In this document: piece by piece, positions 20,760-30,613 of the stretch
Position numbering within the stretch: position 1 is the stretch's first letter
Layout of the letters: each line of letters starts with the position of its first letter
From: Methylococcales bacterium
GTDB taxonomy: Bacteria; Pseudomonadota; Gammaproteobacteria; Methylococcales; Methylomonadaceae
Assembly (NCBI GenBank): GCA_028688755.1
Contig: JAQTXN010000001.1
Coordinates: forward strand, 1 to 51,313
Length of the DNA stretch: 51,313 bases
Direction of reading: 5' to 3'
Notes under the pieces: model-generated
Told to the model about the DNA's origin: nothing
The model's input: only the letters and a program-made list of their open reading frames with translations
Databases searched by the model: none
Translations under genes and position numbers: made by a program

Positions 20760-21214
20760 ACATTATCGACATTCAACGTGTTTTTGAATCACTAAATCAG
20801 CCGAGCGACGAGCAATTAGAACTTTGGGTTAATACAGTTTTAACAAACTTAGACGATGATTTTGAGTTGACGATTCGCATTGTGGACGAAACCGAATCCG
20901 CGCAACTCAATGAAACGTACCGCCACAAAAAGGGGGCGACCAACATTTTGAGTTTTCCGTTTGAAGTTCCCGAAGGCGTGGAGTTAAATTTACTTGGTGA
21001 TTTAGTAATTTGTGCGCCTGTTTTGCAACGTGAAGCAACGGAGCAAAACAAACCGTTGCACAATCATTGGGCGCATATCGTGATGCACGGCACTTTGCAT
21101 TTGCTCGGCTATGACCATATCGAAGACGAAGAAGCTCAAGAAATGGAAGCCAAAGAAATTGCATTTTTACAAACCTTATCAATTCCTAATCCTTATGAAG
21201 ACACTGAATTATGA
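20756..21214 (+). CDS. ybeY: Endoribonuclease YbeY (rRNA maturation factor)
   Basis: Zinc motif HGTLHLLGYDH; about 150 aa; conserved position after phoH. Confidence 0.9.
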   Translation: MNIIDIQRVFESLNQPSDEQLELWVNTVLTNLDDDFELTIRIVDETESAQLNETYRHKKGATNILSFPFEVPEGVELNLLGDLVICAPVLQREATEQNKPLHNHWAHIVMHGTLHLLGYDHIEDEEAQEMEAKEIAFLQTLSIPNPYEDTEL

Positions 21215-22047
21215 GTGACGATTATCCTCCCAGTACGCCGCAAAAATCGTGGCTTGAAAAAATTAGCCATTTACTTACAGGCGAACCGCAAGATTTAGAC
21301 GATTTATTAGAACTATTGCGTGAAGCCAAAGCGCGTAGTTTGCTCGATACTGACGCGTTATCAATGATTGAAGGCGTTTTGCAAGTATCACAAATGCGTG
21401 TACGCGATATTATGATTCCTCGCGTTCAGATGATTGTATTGCCAAAAGAGGCAACGCTTGAAGCGATTTTGCCTCTAGTGATTGAATCGGGACATTCACG
21501 CTATCCCGTTATTGATGGTGATAAAAGTAAAGTTATCGGTGTTTTGCTGACCAAAGATTTGCTGGTGAAAATTTTTGAAAATAAAAATCTCACTGTTCAA
21601 GAAATTATGCGCTCCGTCAGTATCGTGCCTGAAAGCAAACGTTTAAATGTTTTGTTAAAAGAATCGCGTACAAACGGCAATCACATGGCTGTTGTTGTGG
21701 ATGAATATGGGCAAGCGGCTGGATTAGTTACCATCGAAGACGTTTTGGAACAAATCGTTGGTGACATTGAAGATGAGCATGACGATCATGATGATGAAAA
21801 TTTTGTTTTCCAACGTAGCGAAAATGAATTTATGCTCAAAGCGTTAATGCCTATTGACGAGTTTGATGCCTATTTCAAAACGGAATTAGCAACGGACGAA
21901 TACGATACCATCGGTGGTTTTTTAGTGCATGAGCTTGAGCGAATGCCTCAAAAAGGCGAAAGTTTAACCGTTGATAATTTGAAATTTGAAGTCATAAAAG
22001 CCGATAGTCGGCGTGTGCATTTGATTAAATTGAAACGATTAAGCTAA
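21211..22047 (+). CDS. corC: CBS-pair/CorC_HlyC domain protein (Mg/Co efflux-associated CorC/YbeX)
   Basis: CBS pair (VRDIMIPR...HSRYPV; MAVVVDEYGQAAGLVTIEDVLEQIVG) and the CorC C-terminal domain. Confidence 0.85.
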   Translation: MSDDYPPSTPQKSWLEKISHLLTGEPQDLDDLLELLREAKARSLLDTDALSMIEGVLQVSQMRVRDIMIPRVQMIVLPKEATLEAILPLVIESGHSRYPVIDGDKSKVIGVLLTKDLLVKIFENKNLTVQEIMRSVSIVPESKRLNVLLKESRTNGNHMAVVVDEYGQAAGLVTIEDVLEQIVGDIEDEHDDHDDENFVFQRSENEFMLKALMPIDEFDAYFKTELATDEYDTIGGFLVHELERMPQKGESLTVDNLKFEVIKADSRRVHLIKLKRLS

Positions 22048-22053
22048 AAAATA

Positions 22054-23820
22054 ATGAACATGTTAAGCAATTGGCTGAAAAATCTTTGTTGCAATACAAA
22101 ACTTGAAGAATTCATCAAGGCAAAATCGTTTGAATTGGAATCTGAGATTGCGCGACTAAAACAAGTTGAACAAGAATTACAAACCGTCATATCGCGAAAA
22201 CGTGCCATTTTCGAAGCTGAACCTGATGCCACCATTATCAGTAACGATAAAGGCATCATTGTTATGGCAAATAAACAAGTGGAATGTTTATTAGGTTTTT
22301 CACCAAATGAGTTGATTGGATGTTCCATTGATATGCTTATTCCGTTGCGTTTTCGAGATAATCATCGCAAATACCGTGAACGTTATTATGCGATGCCTAA
22401 TTTACGCTTAATGGGAAATGGCTTACCAAACATTGTGGCATTGCGTAAAGATAAAACGGAAATTGATGTTGAAATTAGCTTGAGTCGAATTGAAACGCAA
22501 CAAGGTGATTTATTTGCCAGCTCGTTGCGCGATATTACGGTTCGTAAAAAAAATGAAGAAGAATTAAAAACCAGCGAAGAGCGTTTTCGGTTAATGGCAA
22601 ATTCCTCGCCCATTATGATTTGGATTACGGATAGAGAAGGCAATCCAACTTTTTCAAATAAAGCGTGGACAGAATTTGTTGGTTTGAAATCATTGACAGC
22701 AATCACCCATGACGATTGGCTAGCATTGGTTCATCCCGACGATCAAAAATTGGCGGTTAAAAATTATTACGTCAATACTCATAATCTTGAATCCATTTCG
22801 ACCGAATATCGCTTGCGTCATACGAGTGGTGAATGGCGATGGGTTTTTGATCAGGGCGTACCGATGTTTAACGATTTAGGTATTTTTGTTGGCTATATTG
22901 GATCGCTCGTAGATATTACTGACCGTAAAAATGCCGAAGCGGAATTACGCATTGCCGCGATTGCCTTTGAATCCCATGAAGCGATGGTTGTCACCGATGC
23001 CAACACGATAATTTTGCGTGTTAATGAGGCATTCACAAAACTGACAGGCTACAGCGCAGAAGAATGTATTGGGCAAAAAATGTACTTTTTACATTCTGGC
23101 TATCATAACGAAGCCTTTTATCAAACTATGTGGAACAACATTAACGCCGATGGGACGTGGCAAGGTGAAATTTGGGATAGACGTAAAAATGGCGAAGTGT
23201 ATCCAAAATGGCTAACCATTACGGCGGTAAAAAATGATGCAGGCGAGGTGACACATTACGTCGGGACGCAATCTGATATTACAGACCGTAAAGCTGAAGA
23301 TAAAAGAATGTATGATTTAGCGTATTACGATGCGCTGACAAAATTACCCAATCGGCGTTTGCTAGAAGATCGAATGGAACACAGTATTGCGATTGCACAA
23401 CGTCATCAAAAAAACTTGGCTGTATTGATGCTGGATTTAGATAAATTTAAAGCGGTGAATGACAATTTAGGACATTTAGCAGGCGATAAATTATTACAAC
23501 TCGTTGCATTACGAATCAGTAAATGTTTGCGTGAGTCTGACACGGTGGCGCGTTTAGGTGGTGATGAATTTGTTGTGCTTTTAGAACATATCACAGATAC
23601 GAAAGATGCCGCGTTAGTAGCTGAGAACATTGTGAACGAATTGAGTAAGTCGTTTCATTTAGCCCAAAATCATGATGTGCAAATCGGTACAAGTATTGGC
23701 ATTAGCCTTTATCCACAAGATGGCGATACCTCAACAACGCTAATTGCGAATGCCGATGTGGCGTTATATCAAGCAAAACATAGCGGACGTGGTCGTTTTG
23801 TTTATTTTTCTCAAGAATAA
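22054..23820 (+). CDS. PAS/PAC sensor diguanylate cyclase (GGDEF with I-site)
   Basis: Coiled-coil plus three PAS/PAC modules. GGDEF domain with LDLDKFKAVND and RLGGDEF. An RESD motif lies 5 residues upstream of GGDEF (RxxD I-site). Confidence 0.9.
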   Translation: MNMLSNWLKNLCCNTKLEEFIKAKSFELESEIARLKQVEQELQTVISRKRAIFEAEPDATIISNDKGIIVMANKQVECLLGFSPNELIGCSIDMLIPLRFRDNHRKYRERYYAMPNLRLMGNGLPNIVALRKDKTEIDVEISLSRIETQQGDLFASSLRDITVRKKNEEELKTSEERFRLMANSSPIMIWITDREGNPTFSNKAWTEFVGLKSLTAITHDDWLALVHPDDQKLAVKNYYVNTHNLESISTEYRLRHTSGEWRWVFDQGVPMFNDLGIFVGYIGSLVDITDRKNAEAELRIAAIAFESHEAMVVTDANTIILRVNEAFTKLTGYSAEECIGQKMYFLHSGYHNEAFYQTMWNNINADGTWQGEIWDRRKNGEVYPKWLTITAVKNDAGEVTHYVGTQSDITDRKAEDKRMYDLAYYDALTKLPNRRLLEDRMEHSIAIAQRHQKNLAVLMLDLDKFKAVNDNLGHLAGDKLLQLVALRISKCLRESDTVARLGGDEFVVLLEHITDTKDAALVAENIVNELSKSFHLAQNHDVQIGTSIGISLYPQDGDTSTTLIANADVALYQAKHSGRGRFVYFSQE

Positions 23821-23830
23821 AGGTTTATTC

Positions 23831-24931
23831 ATGAATCCACCCAATCAATTTGTCACGCTACATTTTCTTAATCGCACATTAAAGCGCGTTTTGCCTAATA
23901 CTCAAGCGACTTCATTAGCCATTATTGTGCTGGTGAGTTTTGTGTTGATTTATTCGCTTTCGGATTTGTTGCTGCCTGTTTTTGTATCGATTGGGATTGC
24001 GTATTTGCTTGAAGGCATCGTGCAAAAATGTGAACGTTTTAATATCGCAAGATTTCCTGCTGTGATGTTGGTTTTTTCGTTATTTGTCACCAGCTTGGTT
24101 TTTTTACTGTTCATTTTAATCCCGATAATTTCTGAACAAGCTGTTGATTTGGCGCAACAAGTTCCTGACATTATTAGTCGAGCGCAAACGGGCATTATGA
24201 AATTACCTAAGCTGTATCCCAAACTAATTTCTGAAAACAAAATCCAAGATATTTTGCATGTGATTCAAACCGAATTTTTGAGTTATGGACAAAGTTTATT
24301 GTCGTTTTCTGCTGCATCACTGATGGGGTTGATTAGCGCGATGATTTATTTATTTTTGGTGCCAATGATGGTGTTTTTTCTGCTCAAAGATAAAGAACTT
24401 TTACTTGCATGGTTCATGCGTTTTTTGCCAAAAGAACGGCATTTGAGTGTAGATGTTTGGCATGAAGTCGATACACAAATTGGTAATTATGTGCGTGGCA
24501 AAGTATCAGAAGTCTTGATTTTATGTGCGGTGAGTTATGTGACTTACGGCGTGATGGGGTTGAATTACGCGCTTTTGCTTGCGGTTTTAATGGGACTGCA
24601 AGTGATTTTGCCTTACATTGGCGCAACACTCGTGACATTTCCTGTTTTAGGCGTTGCGTATTTTCAATGGGGAATTAGCAATGATGATTTTATGGCAATC
24701 GTGATTGCGTATGCGATTATTCAAGCCGTTGATGGGGTGTTGCTGGTACCGTTATTGTTTTCTGAAGCTGTGAATTTACATGCGATTGCAATTATTGTAG
24801 CGATTTTATTTTTTGGTGGTTTGTGGGGATTTTGGGGGGTATTTTTGGCAATTCCACTTGCAACTGTTGTAAAAGCGATTTTAACGGCGTGGTCACGATT
24901 AGATACTTTGCCATCAGAAAAAATTGCATGA
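23831..24931 (+). CDS. AI-2E family transporter (PerM/YhhT-like permease)
   Basis: Multi-TM protein with the family-typical central loop and C-terminal WGFWGVFLAIPLA. I chose ATG 23831 (MNPPNQF) because the track start 23744 would overlap the GGDEF gene by 77 nt. Confidence 0.8.
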   Translation: MNPPNQFVTLHFLNRTLKRVLPNTQATSLAIIVLVSFVLIYSLSDLLLPVFVSIGIAYLLEGIVQKCERFNIARFPAVMLVFSLFVTSLVFLLFILIPIISEQAVDLAQQVPDIISRAQTGIMKLPKLYPKLISENKIQDILHVIQTEFLSYGQSLLSFSAASLMGLISAMIYLFLVPMMVFFLLKDKELLLAWFMRFLPKERHLSVDVWHEVDTQIGNYVRGKVSEVLILCAVSYVTYGVMGLNYALLLAVLMGLQVILPYIGATLVTFPVLGVAYFQWGISNDDFMAIVIAYAIIQAVDGVLLVPLLFSEAVNLHAIAIIVAILFFGGLWGFWGVFLAIPLATVVKAILTAWSRLDTLPSEKIA

Positions 24932-25013
24932 CCCGATTTACTCAAATAGGAATGATTTGCATTTAAAATAAAAAGCATTATGATTGCTCCATAACAATTA
25001 TGGAGAAATCATT

Positions 25014-26437
25014 ATGTTTACACAAAAAACTGTTTTTAAATTAAGCATTGTTAGTAGCTTAATTCTTTCATCCCCCGCTTTTGCGTTAGAAAAACCGAAA
25101 TCGATGGATGACATGTGGAAAATCATCGAAGCCCAACAAAAACAAATCGAAGCATTGCAACAAACAAAATCACTTCCCGAAGAAATCCCCACAAAATCAC
25201 CCAATTCAGAAGTCAAAACCTTAGAACGTAAAACTGATGTTTTAAGTCAAGAAGTTGAAAAACTCCGCACCAATCTTGCCATTCCCGAAGAACCCAAATA
25301 CAAAAGCATGTACGGTTTAGGCCCTGCGGCATCTAAAGTCTATTCAATGGGGAAAGGGCTTTCGATTGGCGGTTATGGCGAGGCAATGTACACCAATTAT
25401 GTGAATAACCGTCACGACGCTCAAACGAATAAAGATTCCGCCGATTTAGAACGCGCGGTTATTTATTTGGGGTATAAATTCAACGACTGGATTATTCTCA
25501 ACAACGAAATCGAATTTGAACACGCTTCAACAGGTGAAGGGAGCGAAGAAAAAGGCGAAGTCTCTGTTGAATTCTCGCAACTCGATTTTATGCTCAATCA
25601 AAAATACAATGTCCGTGCGGGTTTGATGCTGATGCCGATGGGCTTTATCAACGAAATGCACGAACCTACAACCTACCACGGTAATCGCCGACCTGACACA
25701 GAACGTTACATTATTCCGTCAACGTGGCGCGAAATGGGCGCAGGGGTATTTGGTGAAATTTTACCTGTGTGCAATATCGCATGTATGCCGTCACAGGTTT
25801 GAATGCACAAGGTTTTTCTAACAGCGGCATTGTTGAAGGTCGTCAAGGCGGCAGTAATGCTAAAGCTGAAGATTTTGCGTTCACAGGGCGCGTTGATTAT
25901 TCACCGTCACAAATCCCTGGTTTCTTGATTGGTGCCGCAACTTTTCTTGGAAACAGTGGTCAAAAAGATATTACGTTTGATAACAAAAATTACAATGTCT
26001 TTACGCAGCTTTACGAAGGACATATTCAATATAAATATCGTGGTTTAGAACTTCGGATGTTGGGCGCATGGAGTCATATTGATAATACTGCCGCTTTAAA
26101 TCCATCACTTGGTTCAGCAGGCCCGATTGGTCAAGACAGTTTCGGTACTTACGGTGAAGCCGCTTATGACATCATGCCGTTGATTTGGAACGATTCGAGC
26201 CAATATCTCGCGCCATTCTTCCGCGTTGAACGTTACAACACATTGGCATCAGTTGCTTCTGGTTTCAATAACAGTGTTGGTCTTGACCGTTGGATTTATC
26301 AAGCTGGTTTGAGCTACAAACCCATTCCAAACATTGTCATTAAAGCAGATTACCGCAACATTCAAGACAGAAAAATTGTGCCATTTGGTATTCCAACAGG
26401 GGATGAATTCAATTTAGGTTTTGGTTTTATTTACTAG
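25014..26437 (+). pseudogene. Outer-membrane porin-like beta-barrel gene interrupted by a frameshift (two track ORFs 24984..25802 and 25769..26437)
   Basis: Signal peptide MFTQKTVFKLSIVSSLILSSPAFA after a GGAGA RBS, then an N-terminal coiled coil. Alternating beta-strand sequence continues across the two frames and ends in a C-terminal aromatic residue (...GFGFIY). The frames switch at the run cctGTGTGcaa (25766-25772). Confidence 0.6.
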
Positions 26438-26454
26438 AATTTGAGAATTTTGTA

Positions 26455-27642
26455 ATGCGAAGATTTTTGCTGTTATCTATTTTTGCGAGTTGCGCTAGTT
26501 TTGCCGATTCTGTTTTACCAAACAGTGAAAATCTGAGTGTTAAAGCGCAACTTGGACAAAAATTATTTTTTGATAGCAACTTGTCCGAGCCAGCAGGTCA
26601 AGCCTGTGCGAGTTGCCATAATCCAGATTTTGCTTTTACCGATGCCGATAAAACGCAACCGACTTCAAAAGGTGTAGACACGACGTTGCATGGGAATCGT
26701 AATGCACCAACGGCGATGTATATGGCTTATTCGCCAGCGTTTCATTTCAATAGAACTGAAGGGCTTTACATGGGAGGTCAATTTTTTGATGGTCGAGCGG
26801 CAACGCTTGAAGACCAAGCAAAAGGCCCTTTCTTAAATCCTGTTGAAATGGCAAATCCGAATGCTGAAGCGGTTGTTAAAAAAGTAAAAGTCGCTAGTTA
26901 TGCCAGTCAATTTGACGCAATTTACGGCAATGGCGCGTTAAACAACACTGAGCAAGCCTACGATTACATTGCCAATGCGATTGCCGAATTTGAACGAAGT
27001 GCGGTGTTTAATCGCTTTTCGTCAAAGTATGATTTTTATTTATTTGGCAAAGCTGCTTTCACAGCACAAGAACGCCGCGGTTTAGCGGTATTTGAAGGCA
27101 AAGGAAATTGTGCGGCGTGTCATCCTAATCGACCGATGGTAAAAGGCGAACCGCCGCTATTTACGGATTTTAGTTATGACAACATTGGTGTGCCTAAAAA
27201 TCCCGAAAGTCCTTTTTATACAATGTCGAGTAAATATAATCCTGATGGTGAACAGTTTGTCGATTTAGGATTAGGCGGGCATTTAAACATTTCAGCAGAA
27301 GATGGAAAGTTTAAAGTGCCAACCTTGCGAAATATCGCGCTCACGTCACCTTATACACACAACGGTTATTTTACAAAGTTGCGTAATGTGGTGGAATTTT
27401 ATAACACGCGAAAAGTTAAACGTCGTTGTGCAAAACCATTGACTAACGAAACGGAATCATTAGCGCAAAAATGTTGGGCAACGCCTGAAGTTTCGCAAAA
27501 TGTGAATTTTGGCGAACTGGGGAATTTAAAATTAAGCCAACGTGATATTGATGATTTGGTGGCATTTCTTGAAACGCTAACCGATGGTTATGATGCAAAA
27601 TCGCCTTGGACTTCACTTGCATCGCCTGAATTTAAAAATTGA
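26455..27642 (+). CDS. Di-heme cytochrome c peroxidase family protein (CCP/MauG family)
   Basis: Signal peptide and two CxxCH motifs (CASCHNP, CAACHPN). Family motifs GNRNAPT, FFDGRA..LEDQA, PTLRNIALTSPYTHNG. Confidence 0.85.
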   Translation: MRRFLLLSIFASCASFADSVLPNSENLSVKAQLGQKLFFDSNLSEPAGQACASCHNPDFAFTDADKTQPTSKGVDTTLHGNRNAPTAMYMAYSPAFHFNRTEGLYMGGQFFDGRAATLEDQAKGPFLNPVEMANPNAEAVVKKVKVASYASQFDAIYGNGALNNTEQAYDYIANAIAEFERSAVFNRFSSKYDFYLFGKAAFTAQERRGLAVFEGKGNCAACHPNRPMVKGEPPLFTDFSYDNIGVPKNPESPFYTMSSKYNPDGEQFVDLGLGGHLNISAEDGKFKVPTLRNIALTSPYTHNGYFTKLRNVVEFYNTRKVKRRCAKPLTNETESLAQKCWATPEVSQNVNFGELGNLKLSQRDIDDLVAFLETLTDGYDAKSPWTSLASPEFKN

Positions 27643-27658
27643 TAAGGGGAGAATAATC

Positions 27659-27856
27659 ATGTATGTATGCGTTTGCAAAGCGGTAACAGATAAACAAATT
27701 GTCAGCACGATTGAAAGCGGTGTTTGTACACGTCGTGAACTCACACATTGTTTAGGCGTTGGAAAAGATTGCGGTAAATGTAACAAAGAAGTGAAGAACT
27801 TATTAAATCAATACAGCGGACAAAATGACAATTATCAGCTTGCCGCATCAGCTTAA
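27659..27856 (+). CDS. bfd: Bacterioferritin-associated ferredoxin
   Basis: [14 protein letters not shown]...GVGKDCGKC is the four-Cys BFD-like [2Fe-2S] motif. A GGGGAG RBS lies upstream of ATG 27659. The longer track start overlaps the CCP gene. Confidence 0.8.
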   Translation: MYVCVCKAVTDKQIVSTIESGVCTRRELTHCLGVGKDCGKCNKEVKNLLNQYSGQNDNYQLAASA

Positions 27857-27869
27857 AAAGGTGAAGAAA

Positions 27870-28334
27870 ATGAAAGGTGATAAAAAAGTTATTGAGTTTC
27901 TCAATAGAGCATTAGAAAACGAATTAACGGCAATTAACCAATACTTCTTGCACGCGAGAATGTACAAAAATTGGGGATTTTCCAAACTCAACGAAAAGGA
28001 ATATCACGAATCCATCGATGAAATGAAACACGCTGACCAATTGATTGAGCGAATTTTATTTTTAGAAGGGCTACCTAATTTACAAAACATCGGTAAAATT
28101 TTGATTGGGGAACATCCGCAAGAAATGTTGCAATGCGATTTGAAATTAGAAAATATCGCCGTGCCGCTTTTGCGTGAAGCGATTGTCTATTGTGAAAGCG
28201 TGAAAGATTTTGTATCGCGGGAAGTGTTTTCTCATATTTTAGAAAGCGAAGAAGAACATATTGATTGGCTTGAAACACAATTGGAACTAATTGAAAAAAT
28301 AGGCATTCAAAATTATTTACAGTCACAAGTGTGA
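27870..28334 (+). CDS. bfr: Bacterioferritin
   Basis: [36 protein letters not shown]...[12 protein letters not shown] is the canonical Bfr sequence, including the heme-ligand Met region. Start chosen at ATG 27870. Confidence 0.9.
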   Translation: MKGDKKVIEFLNRALENELTAINQYFLHARMYKNWGFSKLNEKEYHESIDEMKHADQLIERILFLEGLPNLQNIGKILIGEHPQEMLQCDLKLENIAVPLLREAIVYCESVKDFVSREVFSHILESEEEHIDWLETQLELIEKIGIQNYLQSQV

Positions 28335-28352
28335 CGATAAAACAGAGTAATT

Positions 28353-29621
28353 ATGGCAAATATCCAAGCAATTCGTGGGATGCACGACATCCTGCCAGAA
28401 CAAACGCCTTTATGGCAATACGCAGAAAAAATCATCCGTGACGTTTTAGGAAATTATGGTTACAGCGAAATTCGCTTGCCTGCGGTGGAAAAAACAGAAC
28501 TTTTTAAACGCTCCATCGGTGAAGTCACCGACATTGTCGAAAAAGAAATGTACACCTTTGAAGACCGCAACGGTGATTCATTAACGTTACGCCCCGAAGG
28601 GACAGCAGGTTGTTTGCGTGCTTGTTTAGAACACGGATTGCTACACAATCAAGTGCATCGGCTTTGGTATTACGGCGCGATGTATCGTCACGAACGCCCA
28701 CAAAAAGGACGTTATCGCCAGTTTTATCAGCTCGGTGTCGAAACTTACGGTATGGCGAGTGCAGATATTGATGCCGAATTATTGTTGTTAACTGACCGAC
28801 TTTGGAAACGCTTAGGCATTCGTGACAAAGTCCGTTTGCAACTCAATTCACTTGGCACAATCGCAGAGCGTTTGGTTTATCGCGATGCGTTGGTGGCGTA
28901 TTTTGAACAACATTTGGAAACGTTAGACGAAGACAGTTTGCGCCGTTTAAAAACCAATCCGCTTCGCATTTTGGATACGAAAAATCCCGCGATGGCAGAC
29001 GTTGTTTCGAATGCTCCTGAATTGATGGATTATTTGGGCAACGACTCAAAACAACATTTTCAAACAATTTTAAACACCCTCACCGATTTAGGCGTAAGTT
29101 TTGAAATTAACACCCGTTTAGTGCGTGGTTTGGATTATTACAGCAAAACCGTTTTCGAATGGGTCACAGACGAACTTGGTTCACAAGGTACGATTTGTGC
29201 GGGGGGACGTTACGACGGGTTAATCGAACAACTCGGCGGCAAACAAAATTCAGCAATTGGTTTTGCAATGGGCATGGAACGGTTGTTGTTATTGCTCGAA
29301 ACGCTAGATTTAACAATCGAAAACACGGTGGATGTCTATTTAATTCGTGTTGGTGAACAAGCTGAAAAAATCGGTTTGCGTTTAGCTGAACAACTACGTT
29401 CTGAAATTCCGACGTTGAAATTACAGCTCGATTGCGCGGGTGGCAGCATTAAAAGTCAATTTAAAAAAGCAGATAAAAGTGGGGCGAAATTTGCGTTGAT
29501 TTTGGGTGAAGATGAAGTGTCGCGTGGTGAGATTGCGGTAAAATCGTTGCGTGATGAAAAAGTTGAACAACAAACTTTAGCGTTAAATGCAGCTGCTGAA
29601 TTTTTGAAAACAGCGATTTAA
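28353..29621 (+). CDS. hisS: Histidine--tRNA ligase
   Basis: Class II aaRS motifs ([37 protein letters not shown]) and an anticodon-binding C-domain. Confidence 0.95.
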   Translation: MANIQAIRGMHDILPEQTPLWQYAEKIIRDVLGNYGYSEIRLPAVEKTELFKRSIGEVTDIVEKEMYTFEDRNGDSLTLRPEGTAGCLRACLEHGLLHNQVHRLWYYGAMYRHERPQKGRYRQFYQLGVETYGMASADIDAELLLLTDRLWKRLGIRDKVRLQLNSLGTIAERLVYRDALVAYFEQHLETLDEDSLRRLKTNPLRILDTKNPAMADVVSNAPELMDYLGNDSKQHFQTILNTLTDLGVSFEINTRLVRGLDYYSKTVFEWVTDELGSQGTICAGGRYDGLIEQLGGKQNSAIGFAMGMERLLLLLETLDLTIENTVDVYLIRVGEQAEKIGLRLAEQLRSEIPTLKLQLDCAGGSIKSQFKKADKSGAKFALILGEDEVSRGEIAVKSLRDEKVEQQTLALNAAAEFLKTAI

Positions 29622-29628
29622 AAATGAT

Positions 29629-29656
29629 GCCCTTTCATCGAGTATGTTGAAAGGGC
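29629..29656. terminator. Bidirectional stem-loop between convergent hisS and yhbY
   Basis: GCCCTTTCA-N10-TGAAAGGGC, a perfect 9-bp stem, lies 8 nt after the hisS stop and 7 nt after the yhbY stop. A/T runs sit on both sides. Confidence 0.6.
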
Positions 29657-29662
29657 GTAATC

Positions 29663-29929
29663 TTATTTTTTTGGATTGTGGCGATAAATCACAATAATTT
29701 GTCCAATCGCTTGAATTAACTCAGCCGTTGTTGCAGCACAAATTTCGGTGCAAATTTCTTTACGTTCATCACGTTCAGCGCGGATTTTGACTTTAATCAA
29801 TTCATGAGCATCAAGTGCTAATTCAATTTCCGCAATAACTGCCGCCGTCAAACCCGATTGCCCAATCATGACAACGGGATTTAAATGATGAGCGTCGGAT
29901 TTCAATTTTTTCTTTTTTACAGCATCCAT
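29663..29929 (-). CDS. yhbY: CRM-domain RNA-binding protein YhbY
   Basis: LKSDAHHLNPVVMIGQSGLT...ELIKVK...IVIYR is the YhbY/CRS1 family signature. It is divergent from rlmE, as in E. coli. Confidence 0.85.
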   Translation of the reverse strand: MDAVKKKKLKSDAHHLNPVVMIGQSGLTAAVIAEIELALDAHELIKVKIRAERDERKEICTEICAATTAELIQAIGQIIVIYRHNPKK

Positions 29930-29992
29930 TTTATTTTTCCTAGAAATTTAAAGACTTAATGATGATTTATTTTACACGAAAAGTGGCAATCA

Positions 29993-30613
29993 ATGGCACG
30001 AACTAAAAGCAGTACACAATGGATGCAAGAGCATTTCGATGACCCTTACGTCAAAATGGCACAAGCGCAGGGTTATCGTTCTCGCGCGGTGTTCAAACTC
30101 AAAGAAATTAACGATAAAGATAATTTACTCAAATCAGGAATAAACGTGGTCGATTTAGGCGCGGCACCTGGTGGTTGGTCACAATTTGCACGGCAACTTT
30201 TGGGTAAAAATGGACGACTGGTTGCACTCGATATTTTGCCAATGGAACCGCTGGAAGGCGTGGATATGATTATTGGTGATTTTCGTGAAGAAAGCGTTTT
30301 GCATGAACTTTATGCTGTTTTGAATAACGCACCGATTCAGTTGGTTTTATCGGATATGGCTCCCAATATGAGCGGTAATAAAAGTACCGACCAAGCGCGA
30401 GCAATGTATTTGTGTGAATTAGCCTTAGATACGGCGAAAACTGTACTCGCCAAAAATGGTGTGTTTGTCGTAAAAGTTTTTCAAGGCGAAGGATTTGAAG
30501 CCTATTTCAAAGAAGTAGGGCAAGCCTTTAACAGCGTGGTGATTCGCAAACCAAAGGCTTCAAGGCCACGCAGTAATGAAGTGTATATTTTGGCGAAAGG
30601 CTTTAAAGGTTAA
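29993..30613 (+). CDS. rlmE: 23S rRNA (uridine2552-2'-O)-methyltransferase
   Basis: [31 protein letters not shown]...[13 protein letters not shown]...[11 protein letters not shown]...VKVFQGEG is the canonical FtsJ/RrmJ sequence. Confidence 0.95.
   Translation: MARTKSSTQWMQEHFDDPYVKMAQAQGYRSRAVFKLKEINDKDNLLKSGINVVDLGAAPGGWSQFARQLLGKNGRLVALDILPMEPLEGVDMIIGDFREESVLHELYAVLNNAPIQLVLSDMAPNMSGNKSTDQARAMYLCELALDTAKTVLAKNGVFVVKVFQGEGFEAYFKEVGQAFNSVVIRKPKASRPRSNEVYILAKGFKG

Noticed and set aside
23744-23830. Upstream extension of the AI-2E transporter ORF (MRMPMWRYIK...).
   Set aside because: It lies inside the 3' end of the GGDEF gene. The membrane protein begins plausibly at ATG 23831, just after the GGDEF stop.
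27584-27869. Long track starts for bfd (27584) and bfr (27825).
   Set aside because: Family-typical N-termini begin at MYVCVCK (27659, with RBS) and [12 protein letters not shown] (27870). The extensions overlap the preceding genes and have no homology signal.
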